Shown here: positions 7,213 to 17,205 of the stretch, piece by piece
Layout: every line of letters begins with the position of its first letter
Position numbering within the stretch: the stretch's first letter is position 1
NCBI GenBank assembly: GCA_020057885.1
Contig: JAGVEX010000020.1
Coordinates: 1 to 57,175 of the forward strand
From: a bacterium
GTDB taxonomy: Bacteria > Patescibacteriota > Patescibacteriia > Veblenbacterales > UBA10138
Direction: 5' to 3'
Length of the DNA stretch: 57,175 nt
Notes under the pieces: model-generated
Database searches by the model: none
What the model saw: only the letters and a program-made list of their open reading frames with translations
Told to the model about the DNA's origin: nothing
Made by a program: the position numbers and the translations under genes

Positions 7213-7239
7213 TTTATACTAGTTAGGTATAAATGTCAA
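7213..7239 (-). promoter_or_regulatory. Sigma-70-like promoter of the rSAM operon
   Basis: The minus strand reads TTGACA-tttatacctaactag-TATAAA. The spacer is 15 nt, or 17 nt if the -10 is read as TAAAAA. It lies about 60 nt upstream of the ATG; the SD-like sequence is GAAAGG. Confidence 0.5.
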
Positions 7240-7307
7240 GAGCGTGGCCCTCACTGGTTTACTCACTCAGAGCAATCAACTATGAAGGTAAAATAATATT
7301 ATAAAAA

Positions 7308-7330
7308 AGAGCTGATATATTGTCAGCTCT
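7308..7330. terminator. Bidirectional intrinsic terminator
   Basis: agagctga-tatattg-tcagctct, flanked by an A6 run and a T4 run. It ends the transcript of 7344..7550 and insulates the rSAM operon. Confidence 0.7.
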
Positions 7331-7343
7331 TTTTGTAATGGCG

Positions 7344-7550
7344 TTAATATTTTCTACGTTTGGGGGTGTTTTTGTGTATTATCCAAATTCCTATGGCAAT
7401 AAGAGTAAGGGCAATAAAGACTACCCACATAGACCCTTCTGGTATTAAACTGCCGAGTAGATTAAGAGGTATGCACGATACGCCAAGCAAAACTACTAAC
7501 GCCCCAAACGATAAAAATATCGCCTGCTTTATTGATCTGTTTTTATTCAT
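7344..7550 (-). CDS. Small two-TM membrane protein
   Basis: 68 aa with two hydrophobic helices and a basic C-terminus (KNTPKRRKY). It has its own terminator. Confidence 0.6.
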   Translation of the reverse strand: MNKNRSIKQAIFLSFGALVVLLGVSCIPLNLLGSLIPEGSMWVVFIALTLIAIGIWIIHKNTPKRRKY

Positions 7551-7657
7551 TATTTCTCCGTTATTTTAATATATTTCTGTTTTATTTTTGTTACGGAACT
7601 CTATACTAATTCAAAAACAACATTATGTCAATAATGTTAATTATGGATATACAAAAC

Positions 7658-7678
7658 CACCCAGCAAATTGCTGGGTG
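7658..7678 (-). terminator. Intrinsic terminator after 7712..8029
   Basis: cacccagc-aaatt-gctgggtg, followed by GTTTTGT on the minus strand. Confidence 0.65.
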
Positions 7679-7711
7679 AGTTGAGTGAAATTATAAAACT
7701 ATAGTTACTAA

Positions 7712-8029
7712 CTAATAAGCATGGAAACCAAATGGCATTGGATTTTCAAACAGACCACCATCTATGTTCAACCATATAAATAAAAGACAAAAAAATATAA
7801 TAATTAAAAATATAACTTTGGTTGGTAATTTAAAAATTCTATAAAAAAAGAAAAAGCTAACTAAAAAATAAAGAAGATATGACCAAAGAGCCCAGGATGT
7901 ACCACCAATATCGAAGGATGAAAAATTTGTTACTTCACTTATAAATATTAATAAAAAAGTTCCTAAAAAACTAACAATCAAAAAACTAACATATCTAAAA
8001 ACTATTTTTATCGGCTCATTTAATTTCAT
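7712..8029 (-). CDS. Small polytopic membrane protein
   Basis: 105 aa with about 3 TM helices. It overlaps the end of the 1188-aa gene by 14 nt, so translational coupling is likely. Confidence 0.6.
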   Translation of the reverse strand: MKLNEPIKIVFRYVSFLIVSFLGTFLLIFISEVTNFSSFDIGGTSWALWSYLLYFLVSFFFFYRIFKLPTKVIFLIIIFFCLLFIWLNIDGGLFENPMPFGFHAY

Positions 8030-11000
8030 AATTAACGTCTCCTTTATTTGTTAAAATTCTAATTAATTTTAATCCATTTAATTTCTCTTTAATCCTGCCC
8101 AGTACAACATCTTTTCCTGTAACCCTAGTAATATTTTTTCTAAAATCCCAATTAGCTGAAATTGTAAAATCATTTTTAACCATTATTGACTGAACTAATC
8201 TGTTTAAAGCGCCTTTTTTATCATAACCCCAATAAAAATTAAAACGGCTATTTTTGCTGATTGGAACGTTAATTCCATTATACTTAATTCCCAACAAAGT
8301 AGCACTAAACAATTTAACTCTGCTACGCTCCTTAAAAATTAATTCTGTAGTATTACCGGCCTCATCAGCAAGAACAACTAAGCCTGGATTATCAACTATG
8401 GTAACGGTTGAAAGATTATCAATTCCACTAATCACAATGTCTTTCAATTGTGAGCTAAATACTAAACTGGCCTCGGGCGGTGTTTTATCTATTTTAATAA
8501 TCTTAGACTGTTTTTGCTCAGCGTTTCCTGCTTTATCTATTGAGCGATAAAATAAGGAATTACTCCCCTCTTTATTAACTATAAATGGATTTTGATAGTT
8601 AAGCCAACTGGCGCCGTCATCCAAACTGTACTCAGTTTTTAATACTCCAGAATTATCATCTATGGCTATTAAATTAATCGCGACATCCGATTTATACCAA
8701 CCATTATTGCTTGTTGTCCCGCTAAATACTGCCGTAGTAAAGGGGGAAGTTAAATCTTCGCTTTGCGAGGCATTAAGTACAGCGCTGGCTGGCACGGGCT
8801 CAAAATTGCCAGATCCACTAAAATCCAAATTAATTATATTATCGGCGCTGGTACTACTCACCACCATTTCTCCTTTGCTCGCGCTTGTAATGACAATTTT
8901 ATTATAATAAACCGTTTGTGTAACATTGCTATTTTCAATACTTTTCACACGTAAATCAAAATTACCGCTACCTGTAGCCGCCAATTTAATTGTATAGTTT
9001 TGTTCACCATCTGTAGGGATAAAAACAAACTTGTTACCACCAACTTCCTCATAACTTAAACCTGCTATACCTTCCTCTAAGGTATTATTATCCCCTGGTC
9101 CGGTATGATTACCTTGCTCGTCATAAATATGCAGCTCCACTGGACTATGCACTGAAACAAACTTGCCATTTAAAACGCATTGCGTTTTATCTTGAATTAC
9201 ATCAGCTGGTAAAAACAAGCTGTTAACACTGCTGGTAATAATTTGCGTAACCAATTCGCGTACACCGTCTTGGCTTGGCATTTTACCGTGGCTGGCCTTG
9301 GTGTAATAAAAACTATGAGCCTCTGACACGTTTACGGCCGTAGAGCTGCCTAAGGGTACTGTTTTATCGCCTGCGTTCATATACAACAAATACTCACCAT
9401 CGGCAACTGACCCAACTTGAACAATGCCGGAAATGGTAGGAGTGGTACAACCAGAAATATTATAACTATCTATTCCATAACTATTTAAATCCATCAAATC
9501 CAAAGCTGGCGTATGAAAATCAACGCCATCTTGTATGGCCGAAAGATTATATCCACCATTTAACATTAATAGCTGTGTTTCCAAAAAATTTAAAAGTTTA
9601 TGCTCACCTGGGTCGTCCCAAACTGGTGCGGAATAATATCCGCCAAGTTTATTAAAATATTCTTGGCTCGGCAAAAGCTGATACAAACTGTACATATTTT
9701 GGGATATTTTTTTCATCTCATCTGGATTAAGAACTACTGGCACGCCAAATCTATCACCAAACATTAAAGCTTTTAACGCTTTAGGCGCTCCAAGATGCGG
9801 GGTGCCTATAAAAATTAATTTATTAATTTTAGGATTAATATTGTTATTAATGTATTCCTTAGCAATTAATCCGCCCATACTATGGGCTACTAAATCAATT
9901 TTAGGACTACCAGTTTGAGATAAAATTTGATTTATTTTTTCTCGTAACTTTACGCTATTAATTCTGTTATCCAAACGCCAATCGTAAGGAAAGACAAACA
10001 TGTCTATTCCCTCAGAATATTGTTTTATCGTAAACTCATCAACTAAACCATTAAAATAATCATAAGATAATAAGGGAAGGCTACCAATTTGTCTTATAAC
10101 ATCCCCTACAGAAACTTCTGTATCGCTTGGATTACCATTTTCATCCATTGCCAATGGATCCATAAAACTATCGGTAATATCTGTAAACATTTCACCAAAA
10201 TCCATCCACAGGGTATCAGTGCCCTTTTTCATCTCTGTGCCTAAAATTCCCGGGATTAACAAAACTGGCACATTTCTAACCTCAAAAGTTAATTCACCAC
10301 TAACTGGCAAACGTGTAGCAACCTTACCATCACTCGCTTCAAAATGATAATTATAAATCCCCTTACCAAAATATCCAGTTGTAGGGTTATATGAATATTG
10401 CTCGCCGTTTGAATAAACGCCATCCTGACCAGTATCTTTTACCATCTCGTGAGATATCTCATTTACCACAACTCTAAAATAGGAAGGCGTGTCATTATTG
10501 GCATCTGTATAAGTTGTCTTAAAAACCGGCGCGCTGGGTACAAAGGCAATATTTGGCTCTACACCATCAATAATATAACCCTCTGTGTTAACATAAGATA
10601 ATACTGGGGACTGATTAGGCGGCACTTTACCTGTCCAGGGATCGTAAAGTAAATTGCCATAAATTTTATCACCCGTACCGCCAGGGTTGCCATATATAGT
10701 AGGCCCTGTATCACTTCCCCACCAATTATTACGCGCGTCTACTAAAGCATAACTAGAGTGGGCGTTAATAGCATAGATTGAATTATTGAATAATTTGCTA
10801 CCACTTATGCTCCATGGTACGGGAGTATAACTAACAATACCTCTCTTGTGATACCTAACCTCTGAATCTATTAACTGAAGGTTTGAACTGCCTCCAATTG
10901 ATATAGCCGTATCATAACTTTTTTCAATAATACTAGAGTTGATAGATATGCTGGAATTTTCTATATGCAAAAAATTAAAATCCGTAGTAATAAAATAAAT

Positions 11001-11582
11001 ACCATTAAAATCAGTCACATAATACCCACCATAGCGCAAAATAGTGTGAGTCAAAACCGAACCGGTTGAGCCGTTAAAATAAAATCCACTCCAATTACCG
11101 GGCGCTGGAGTGTAAATACCATTATCATTATTACTATCGCCACCAAAACTATCATCAAGATATGAGGTAAAAACTATTGGCAGACCAGCTGTGCCTTGGG
11201 CAACCAAATTGCCATTTATTACAAGCCTACCGCCGCCCATAAATTTAACCACCACGCCAGGCTCAACTGTTAAAGTGGAGATAATCTTTACTACGCCATT
11301 ACCATGTACGATGTAGGGACTTTGAATCATGGTCCAGGTGGTAGGCGTGCTAATAGTAATCGGAGTGTAAATATGAGTCGGCGGAGCCGCTATAACCGCC
11401 CTAGCGCCAACTAAAAACCTTACCGCCGAGGCAAGGTTTGGTGCAAAATTTGATAAATTGTTTGGCTCTATTTGCCCTAGAAATAAAAACAGCCCGACGA
11501 CAAACCAACCAGTTAAACGGGCTAAAACTTGAACGCCATTCCAACGTTCCCTCCGATTCCAGTGATTAGATTCTTGTGACAT
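8016..11582 (-). CDS. Large secreted multidomain protein: right-handed beta-helix, LCAT/PGAP1-like alpha/beta-hydrolase (lipase/acyltransferase), Ig-like C-terminal domains
   Basis: 1188 aa with an N-terminal TM/signal segment. Beta-helix-type repeats are followed by NNWWGSDTGP. A PVLLIPGILGTEM start and the DLVAHSMGGL nucleophile elbow (GXSXG) resemble LCAT-family lipases. The segment GWYKSDVAINLIAIDDNSGVLKTEYSLDDGASW...YRSIDKAGNAE resembles an OmpL47/chitobiase-C type Ig-like module. The SD is AAGGGGG. Confidence 0.9.
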   Translation of the reverse strand: MSQESNHWNRRERWNGVQVLARLTGWFVVGLFLFLGQIEPNNLSNFAPNLASAVRFLVGARAVIAAPPTHIYTPITISTPTTWTMIQSPYIVHGNGVVKIISTLTVEPGVVVKFMGGGRLVINGNLVAQGTAGLPIVFTSYLDDSFGGDSNNDNGIYTPAPGNWSGFYFNGSTGSVLTHTILRYGGYYVTDFNGIYFITTDFNFLHIENSSISINSSIIEKSYDTAISIGGSSNLQLIDSEVRYHKRGIVSYTPVPWSISGSKLFNNSIYAINAHSSYALVDARNNWWGSDTGPTIYGNPGGTGDKIYGNLLYDPWTGKVPPNQSPVLSYVNTEGYIIDGVEPNIAFVPSAPVFKTTYTDANNDTPSYFRVVVNEISHEMVKDTGQDGVYSNGEQYSYNPTTGYFGKGIYNYHFEASDGKVATRLPVSGELTFEVRNVPVLLIPGILGTEMKKGTDTLWMDFGEMFTDITDSFMDPLAMDENGNPSDTEVSVGDVIRQIGSLPLLSYDYFNGLVDEFTIKQYSEGIDMFVFPYDWRLDNRINSVKLREKINQILSQTGSPKIDLVAHSMGGLIAKEYINNNINPKINKLIFIGTPHLGAPKALKALMFGDRFGVPVVLNPDEMKKISQNMYSLYQLLPSQEYFNKLGGYYSAPVWDDPGEHKLLNFLETQLLMLNGGYNLSAIQDGVDFHTPALDLMDLNSYGIDSYNISGCTTPTISGIVQVGSVADGEYLLYMNAGDKTVPLGSSTAVNVSEAHSFYYTKASHGKMPSQDGVRELVTQIITSSVNSLFLPADVIQDKTQCVLNGKFVSVHSPVELHIYDEQGNHTGPGDNNTLEEGIAGLSYEEVGGNKFVFIPTDGEQNYTIKLAATGSGNFDLRVKSIENSNVTQTVYYNKIVITSASKGEMVVSSTSADNIINLDFSGSGNFEPVPASAVLNASQSEDLTSPFTTAVFSGTTSNNGWYKSDVAINLIAIDDNSGVLKTEYSLDDGASWLNYQNPFIVNKEGSNSLFYRSIDKAGNAEQKQSKIIKIDKTPPEASLVFSSQLKDIVISGIDNLSTVTIVDNPGLVVLADEAGNTTELIFKERSRVKLFSATLLGIKYNGINVPISKNSRFNFYWGYDKKGALNRLVQSIMVKNDFTISANWDFRKNITRVTGKDVVLGRIKEKLNGLKLIRILTNKGDVNYEIK

Positions 11583-11726
11583 ACCCCCTTATATATTTAA
11601 CTATACACCAAAATACAAACGGGGGGAATAATATTGCAAACAAAAGTTATCCACAGATTAACACTAATTTAATCTTTTGAAGATAGATTTTTATTCACTA
11701 AATGACACAAAATACCATCCAGTAAA

Positions 11727-11756
11727 AAAGCTTACCCGATGTTTAGGTAAGCTTTG
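11727..11756 (-). terminator. Intrinsic terminator after 11796..12233
   Basis: aaagcttacc-N10-ggtaagcttt, followed by a T-run on the minus strand. Confidence 0.65.
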
Positions 11757-11795
11757 TTGTTAAATCGCAATCAATTTTGTTCATTTGGAAATATT

Positions 11796-12233
11796 TTAGA
11801 GCATAGCGGTAGTAAAAAATATACCCGCAAGTAGGATGAGTATTATGCTATTAAATACGATGTAAATATGCAGCCCTATTCGCTTTGCCGCAATTTCATA
11901 TTGTATCTTGTGCGCGGTAAACACTGCCGCCACGAACACACCAACTATAAACCATGGAGAAATAAAACCAAGCGCACTAAAACAACTCAATGCCGCTACA
12001 GTAATAGTACTGTCGAAAAAGTGCACCCATCTTCTTATTTGATCTGTGTCTACCAGTGTATTATCGACAATGGCCAATAATGCCACTACAAAAGAAGTCA
12101 TGGTTATGGCCTTGGCAAAACCAAGATCATAAACATAAAGAAATAAAAAATACGGCGCAAGTGTAAGGAGTAGCGAGGCGAGCATGGCATTGCGTAAACG
12201 ATTTGCTAAACCAGTGGTAATTGTAGTCTTCAT
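11796..12233 (-). CDS. Polytopic membrane protein (about 4 TM)
   Basis: 145-aa hydrophobic ORF. No family recognised. Confidence 0.65.
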   Translation of the reverse strand: MKTTITTGLANRLRNAMLASLLLTLAPYFLFLYVYDLGFAKAITMTSFVVALLAIVDNTLVDTDQIRRWVHFFDSTITVAALSCFSALGFISPWFIVGVFVAAVFTAHKIQYEIAAKRIGLHIYIVFNSIILILLAGIFFTTAML

Positions 12234-12341
12234 AGCATCTTGCCTTTCTGGGATAATCCCATATTGTTTTGTAAAATTGCTATTTTATTTATTTGCCCAA
12301 ACTTTACAGCGAATACCATTAAAAGTCAATAAGTTCAGTAT

Positions 12342-12539
12342 AAACAAAAACACCCCGTAGAACGGAGTGGTTTTGGGATGAGGTTGATAGATTGTTTGTT
12401 GTTGTGATTGGTGGGGGTTGTTTTTGGGGTGGAGATTTAGGAGAGGTGTTGAAAACTCAATCTTCAAACTTTTTGAGGATTAGGGTTTCAACCCCTCTGC
12501 TTTCCACTTTATTCCCTTTTCAATCTACTCTATCAACCT
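12342..12539 (-). ncRNA. Candidate structured small RNA (~195 nt), class unknown
   Basis: A promoter at 12546-12574 places the TSS at about 12539. The 5' segment AGGTTGAT(AGAGT)AGATTG (12539-12521) pairs with CAATCTATCAACCT (12394-12381), giving 8+6 bp. An inner helix pairs AGAGGgGTTGAAA with TTTCAACaCCTCT. A C/A-rich tract follows, then the terminator CACTCCG-ttcta-CGGGGTG plus TTTTTGTTT (12369-12342). Confidence 0.4.
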
Positions 12540-12545
12540 ACTTAT

Positions 12546-12574
12546 AGAATACACGATCTAGAAAAATCTGTCAA
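12546..12574 (-). promoter_or_regulatory. Sigma-70-like promoter of the candidate ncRNA
   Basis: The minus strand reads TTGACA (12574-12569), a 17-nt spacer, then TATTCT (12551-12546). Confidence 0.45.
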
Positions 12575-12640
12575 ACCCCTATAAACATTACTTAATATCA
12601 CTTACTAGTAAAAACTTACCTAAAGTTATCCACAGATAAA

Positions 12641-14707
<2,067 letters not shown>

Positions 14708-14718
14708 TTAATAATTAA

Positions 14719-17196
14719 TTAAGAACGCACTGTGGCGCCGAATTTATTCTGCAATAAATTAACAGCTTGTTTAACAATTTCTTCAACCTCTTCGCTCTTT
14801 AATGTTCGCGCAGGACTGCGGAAAGTAATATGAAAAGCCAAACTGCCTTTGGTTGAATAAACATCAAACAACTCAATTGATTCAATAAGTGGTGAAATCT
14901 TTTTTAAACCAGATTCTATATCAATCCACCTAACATTATTAGACACAACAATGGAAAGGTCTCTGATTTGAAAATCATTTGGTTTTAAACCAGAATAAAT
15001 TGATGGGGTGCTTAATTGCGGTAAAAGATCCAGATTAATTTCAGCAAATGATATTGCTAAATCAAGACTTGATCGTTGCATGTTAATAATCCCAATTCCG
15101 CCAATATGCTTACCATCTACCACTACTTTGGCCATATTACTGCCAAACGACTCAAAAACAAAATTTATACCGAGTATGGTTAATATTTGTTCTACTGTAC
15201 CCTTAAGCAGTCTAAATGAATTGACTACATCTCCCACTGCCAAGCGCTGACATAAAACCAAATGATAAGGCTGCGAGGGTAGGAAAGATGAAGTGTTTTT
15301 ACCTCCACTTGACCAATCGCCTTCTGCGCCAAAAAATACTCGACCGATTTCAAAAACTTTTAAATTATCGTGCGGCAGTAAAAGTATATTTTTAACAAAT
15401 TGCTCCAACACGTTGGGTAAAAGCGCTGGCCTAAGATATTTTTGTATTTTATCAACAGGATTCAAAAGCTCTACCAAAGAACTTGTGTTAATATCGGCCG
15501 CCTCATAAACCTCGTCTGCTAAATCGGTTATTAATTTTTCACTAATAAATGAATAGCTTAATGTTTCTATAAAATCCGCGCCTATTAAAATATCTCTAAT
15601 TTTCCAGCGTAAATCTTGTGCCAAATCACGCTCACTAGGCTCAATGGGAAATTTAGGCAGAGCCAGCGGAATTTTGCCATAACCATAAATACGCGCCACT
15701 TCTTCCACCAAATCTTCCGGAATAGTAATGTCGCGCGTCGCTCGCCACGAGGGCGGAGTTACCAAAAATTTTTCATCGTCCTCCCCAGTACCAGATCCGC
15801 CCTCGGCGGCACGGTACGGGGTTCCGCCGTCCGTTTTCACGGTCCGCTCCACTTTAAAACCTAAACGCTCTAAAATATTTTTTACTTCCTCTTGCGGCAA
15901 TTCAACCCCCAGCCGCGCAAAAAGCCAAGACAATGGCAGTTCAATTGGTTGGGCGCTGCGAGGATTATTATAAACATCAACCAAGGGGCTTAAAACTTTA
16001 GCTCCTGGGCAAATTTCTTTAAACAATTCAATAGCGCGACGCAAAGCCAGCTCAGCCAAATTAGGGTCAAGCGCTTTTTCAAAGCGCGCCGAAGCCTCTG
16101 TACGCAAACCAAGTTTAGCCGCTGTGGTACGAATGTTTACAGCCTCAAATGTCGCGGATTCCAAAGCTATTGTCTTGGTTGAATTGCTTACCTCGCTCGT
16201 TTGCCCGCCCATTACTCCGGCAATTGCTTGGGCGTGTTTTTTGTCGGCTATCATTAACATTGATTCATCAAGTTCACGCTCCACGCCGTCGAGTGTGGTA
16301 AACTTTTCACCTTTTTTAGCTTGCCTAATTACAATTTCGGGGCTCACTAATTTATCCAAATCAAAAGCGTGCAAGGGTTGCCCAAGCTCCAGCATTACAT
16401 AATTTGTAACATCCACAATATTATTAATTGGCCTCATGCCAAGACTTAAAAGCGCGCTTTGTAACCATTTAGGCGAAGGCGCTACTTTAAGATGCCCAAC
16501 CGACACGGCTAAATAACGCCCCACGTGTACTGGTTTTTTTACACTTACCATTAGTGGCACATCTATCTCGGGTTTAATGCGTGGAGCTTTTGGTTCATAA
16601 AGCGGTACCTGCCACATAGCAGAGAGCTCACGCGCCAAACCAAAGTGTCCCCACAAATCAGGCCTGTGAGTAATGGATTTATTATCAATGTCCAAAATAA
16701 TATCGTTTAAGCCAAGCGCGTGAGCCAGCGGAGTGCCTGGAGGCACTTCAAGGTATGTTAAATCCATAATACCACCCTCCACCGCTTTATCATCCTGCAA
16801 TTCCAACTCTTCTGCCGCGCAGGCCATGCCACAACTTTCTACGCCGCGTATAGTAGCTTTGGCAAGAGTGACCCAATCGCCTTGCCCGTGCCAACGTACG
16901 CGTGTGCCAATGGTCGCAAAAGCCACTTTCATACCTTCGTGCAAATTTACTCCACCACACACAACTTCTATTTCTTTTTTACCAATATCAACTGTGGCTA
17001 ATTTTAATTTATCAGCTTTAGGATGCGGACTAACTTTAATAACCAAACCAACCACTGCACCAGCTAAACTTTTAGCTTGATCAGTGTAATCGTCCACCTC
17101 CACGGTGCTCATAGTAAGAGCGTCGGCTAACTCGCGGCCAGAAAATTCACGTGGTGGCGTGACAAACTTTTTCAAAATGTCAAAAGAAACTTTCAT
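14719..17196 (-). CDS. pheT: Phenylalanine--tRNA ligase beta subunit
   Basis: 825 aa. N-terminal tRNA-binding domain, B3/4 and B5 regions and a C-terminal FDX-ACB-like end. It lies directly downstream of pheS. Confidence 0.95.
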   Translation of the reverse strand: MKVSFDILKKFVTPPREFSGRELADALTMSTVEVDDYTDQAKSLAGAVVGLVIKVSPHPKADKLKLATVDIGKKEIEVVCGGVNLHEGMKVAFATIGTRVRWHGQGDWVTLAKATIRGVESCGMACAAEELELQDDKAVEGGIMDLTYLEVPPGTPLAHALGLNDIILDIDNKSITHRPDLWGHFGLARELSAMWQVPLYEPKAPRIKPEIDVPLMVSVKKPVHVGRYLAVSVGHLKVAPSPKWLQSALLSLGMRPINNIVDVTNYVMLELGQPLHAFDLDKLVSPEIVIRQAKKGEKFTTLDGVERELDESMLMIADKKHAQAIAGVMGGQTSEVSNSTKTIALESATFEAVNIRTTAAKLGLRTEASARFEKALDPNLAELALRRAIELFKEICPGAKVLSPLVDVYNNPRSAQPIELPLSWLFARLGVELPQEEVKNILERLGFKVERTVKTDGGTPYRAAEGGSGTGEDDEKFLVTPPSWRATRDITIPEDLVEEVARIYGYGKIPLALPKFPIEPSERDLAQDLRWKIRDILIGADFIETLSYSFISEKLITDLADEVYEAADINTSSLVELLNPVDKIQKYLRPALLPNVLEQFVKNILLLPHDNLKVFEIGRVFFGAEGDWSSGGKNTSSFLPSQPYHLVLCQRLAVGDVVNSFRLLKGTVEQILTILGINFVFESFGSNMAKVVVDGKHIGGIGIINMQRSSLDLAISFAEINLDLLPQLSTPSIYSGLKPNDFQIRDLSIVVSNNVRWIDIESGLKKISPLIESIELFDVYSTKGSLAFHITFRSPARTLKSEEVEEIVKQAVNLLQNKFGATVRS

Positions 17197-17205
17197 GGTT
17201 ATGTG

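Noticed and set aside
12285-12467. A 60-aa minus-strand ORF (TTG start).
   Set aside because: It reads through a strong intrinsic terminator. It has a low-complexity Pro/Gln/His composition derived from a C/A-rich tract, and it has no SD. The interval is better explained as a structured RNA.
3700-12640. A chromosomal replication origin (oriC), suggested by perfect DnaA boxes, an AT-rich gap and proximity to gyrB.
   Set aside because: The three boxes are spread over 8 kb rather than clustered. No dnaA or dnaN gene is present. Genes on both sides of the region are co-oriented on the minus strand, whereas an origin should coincide with a switch in gene orientation. I kept only the motif recurrence as a finding.
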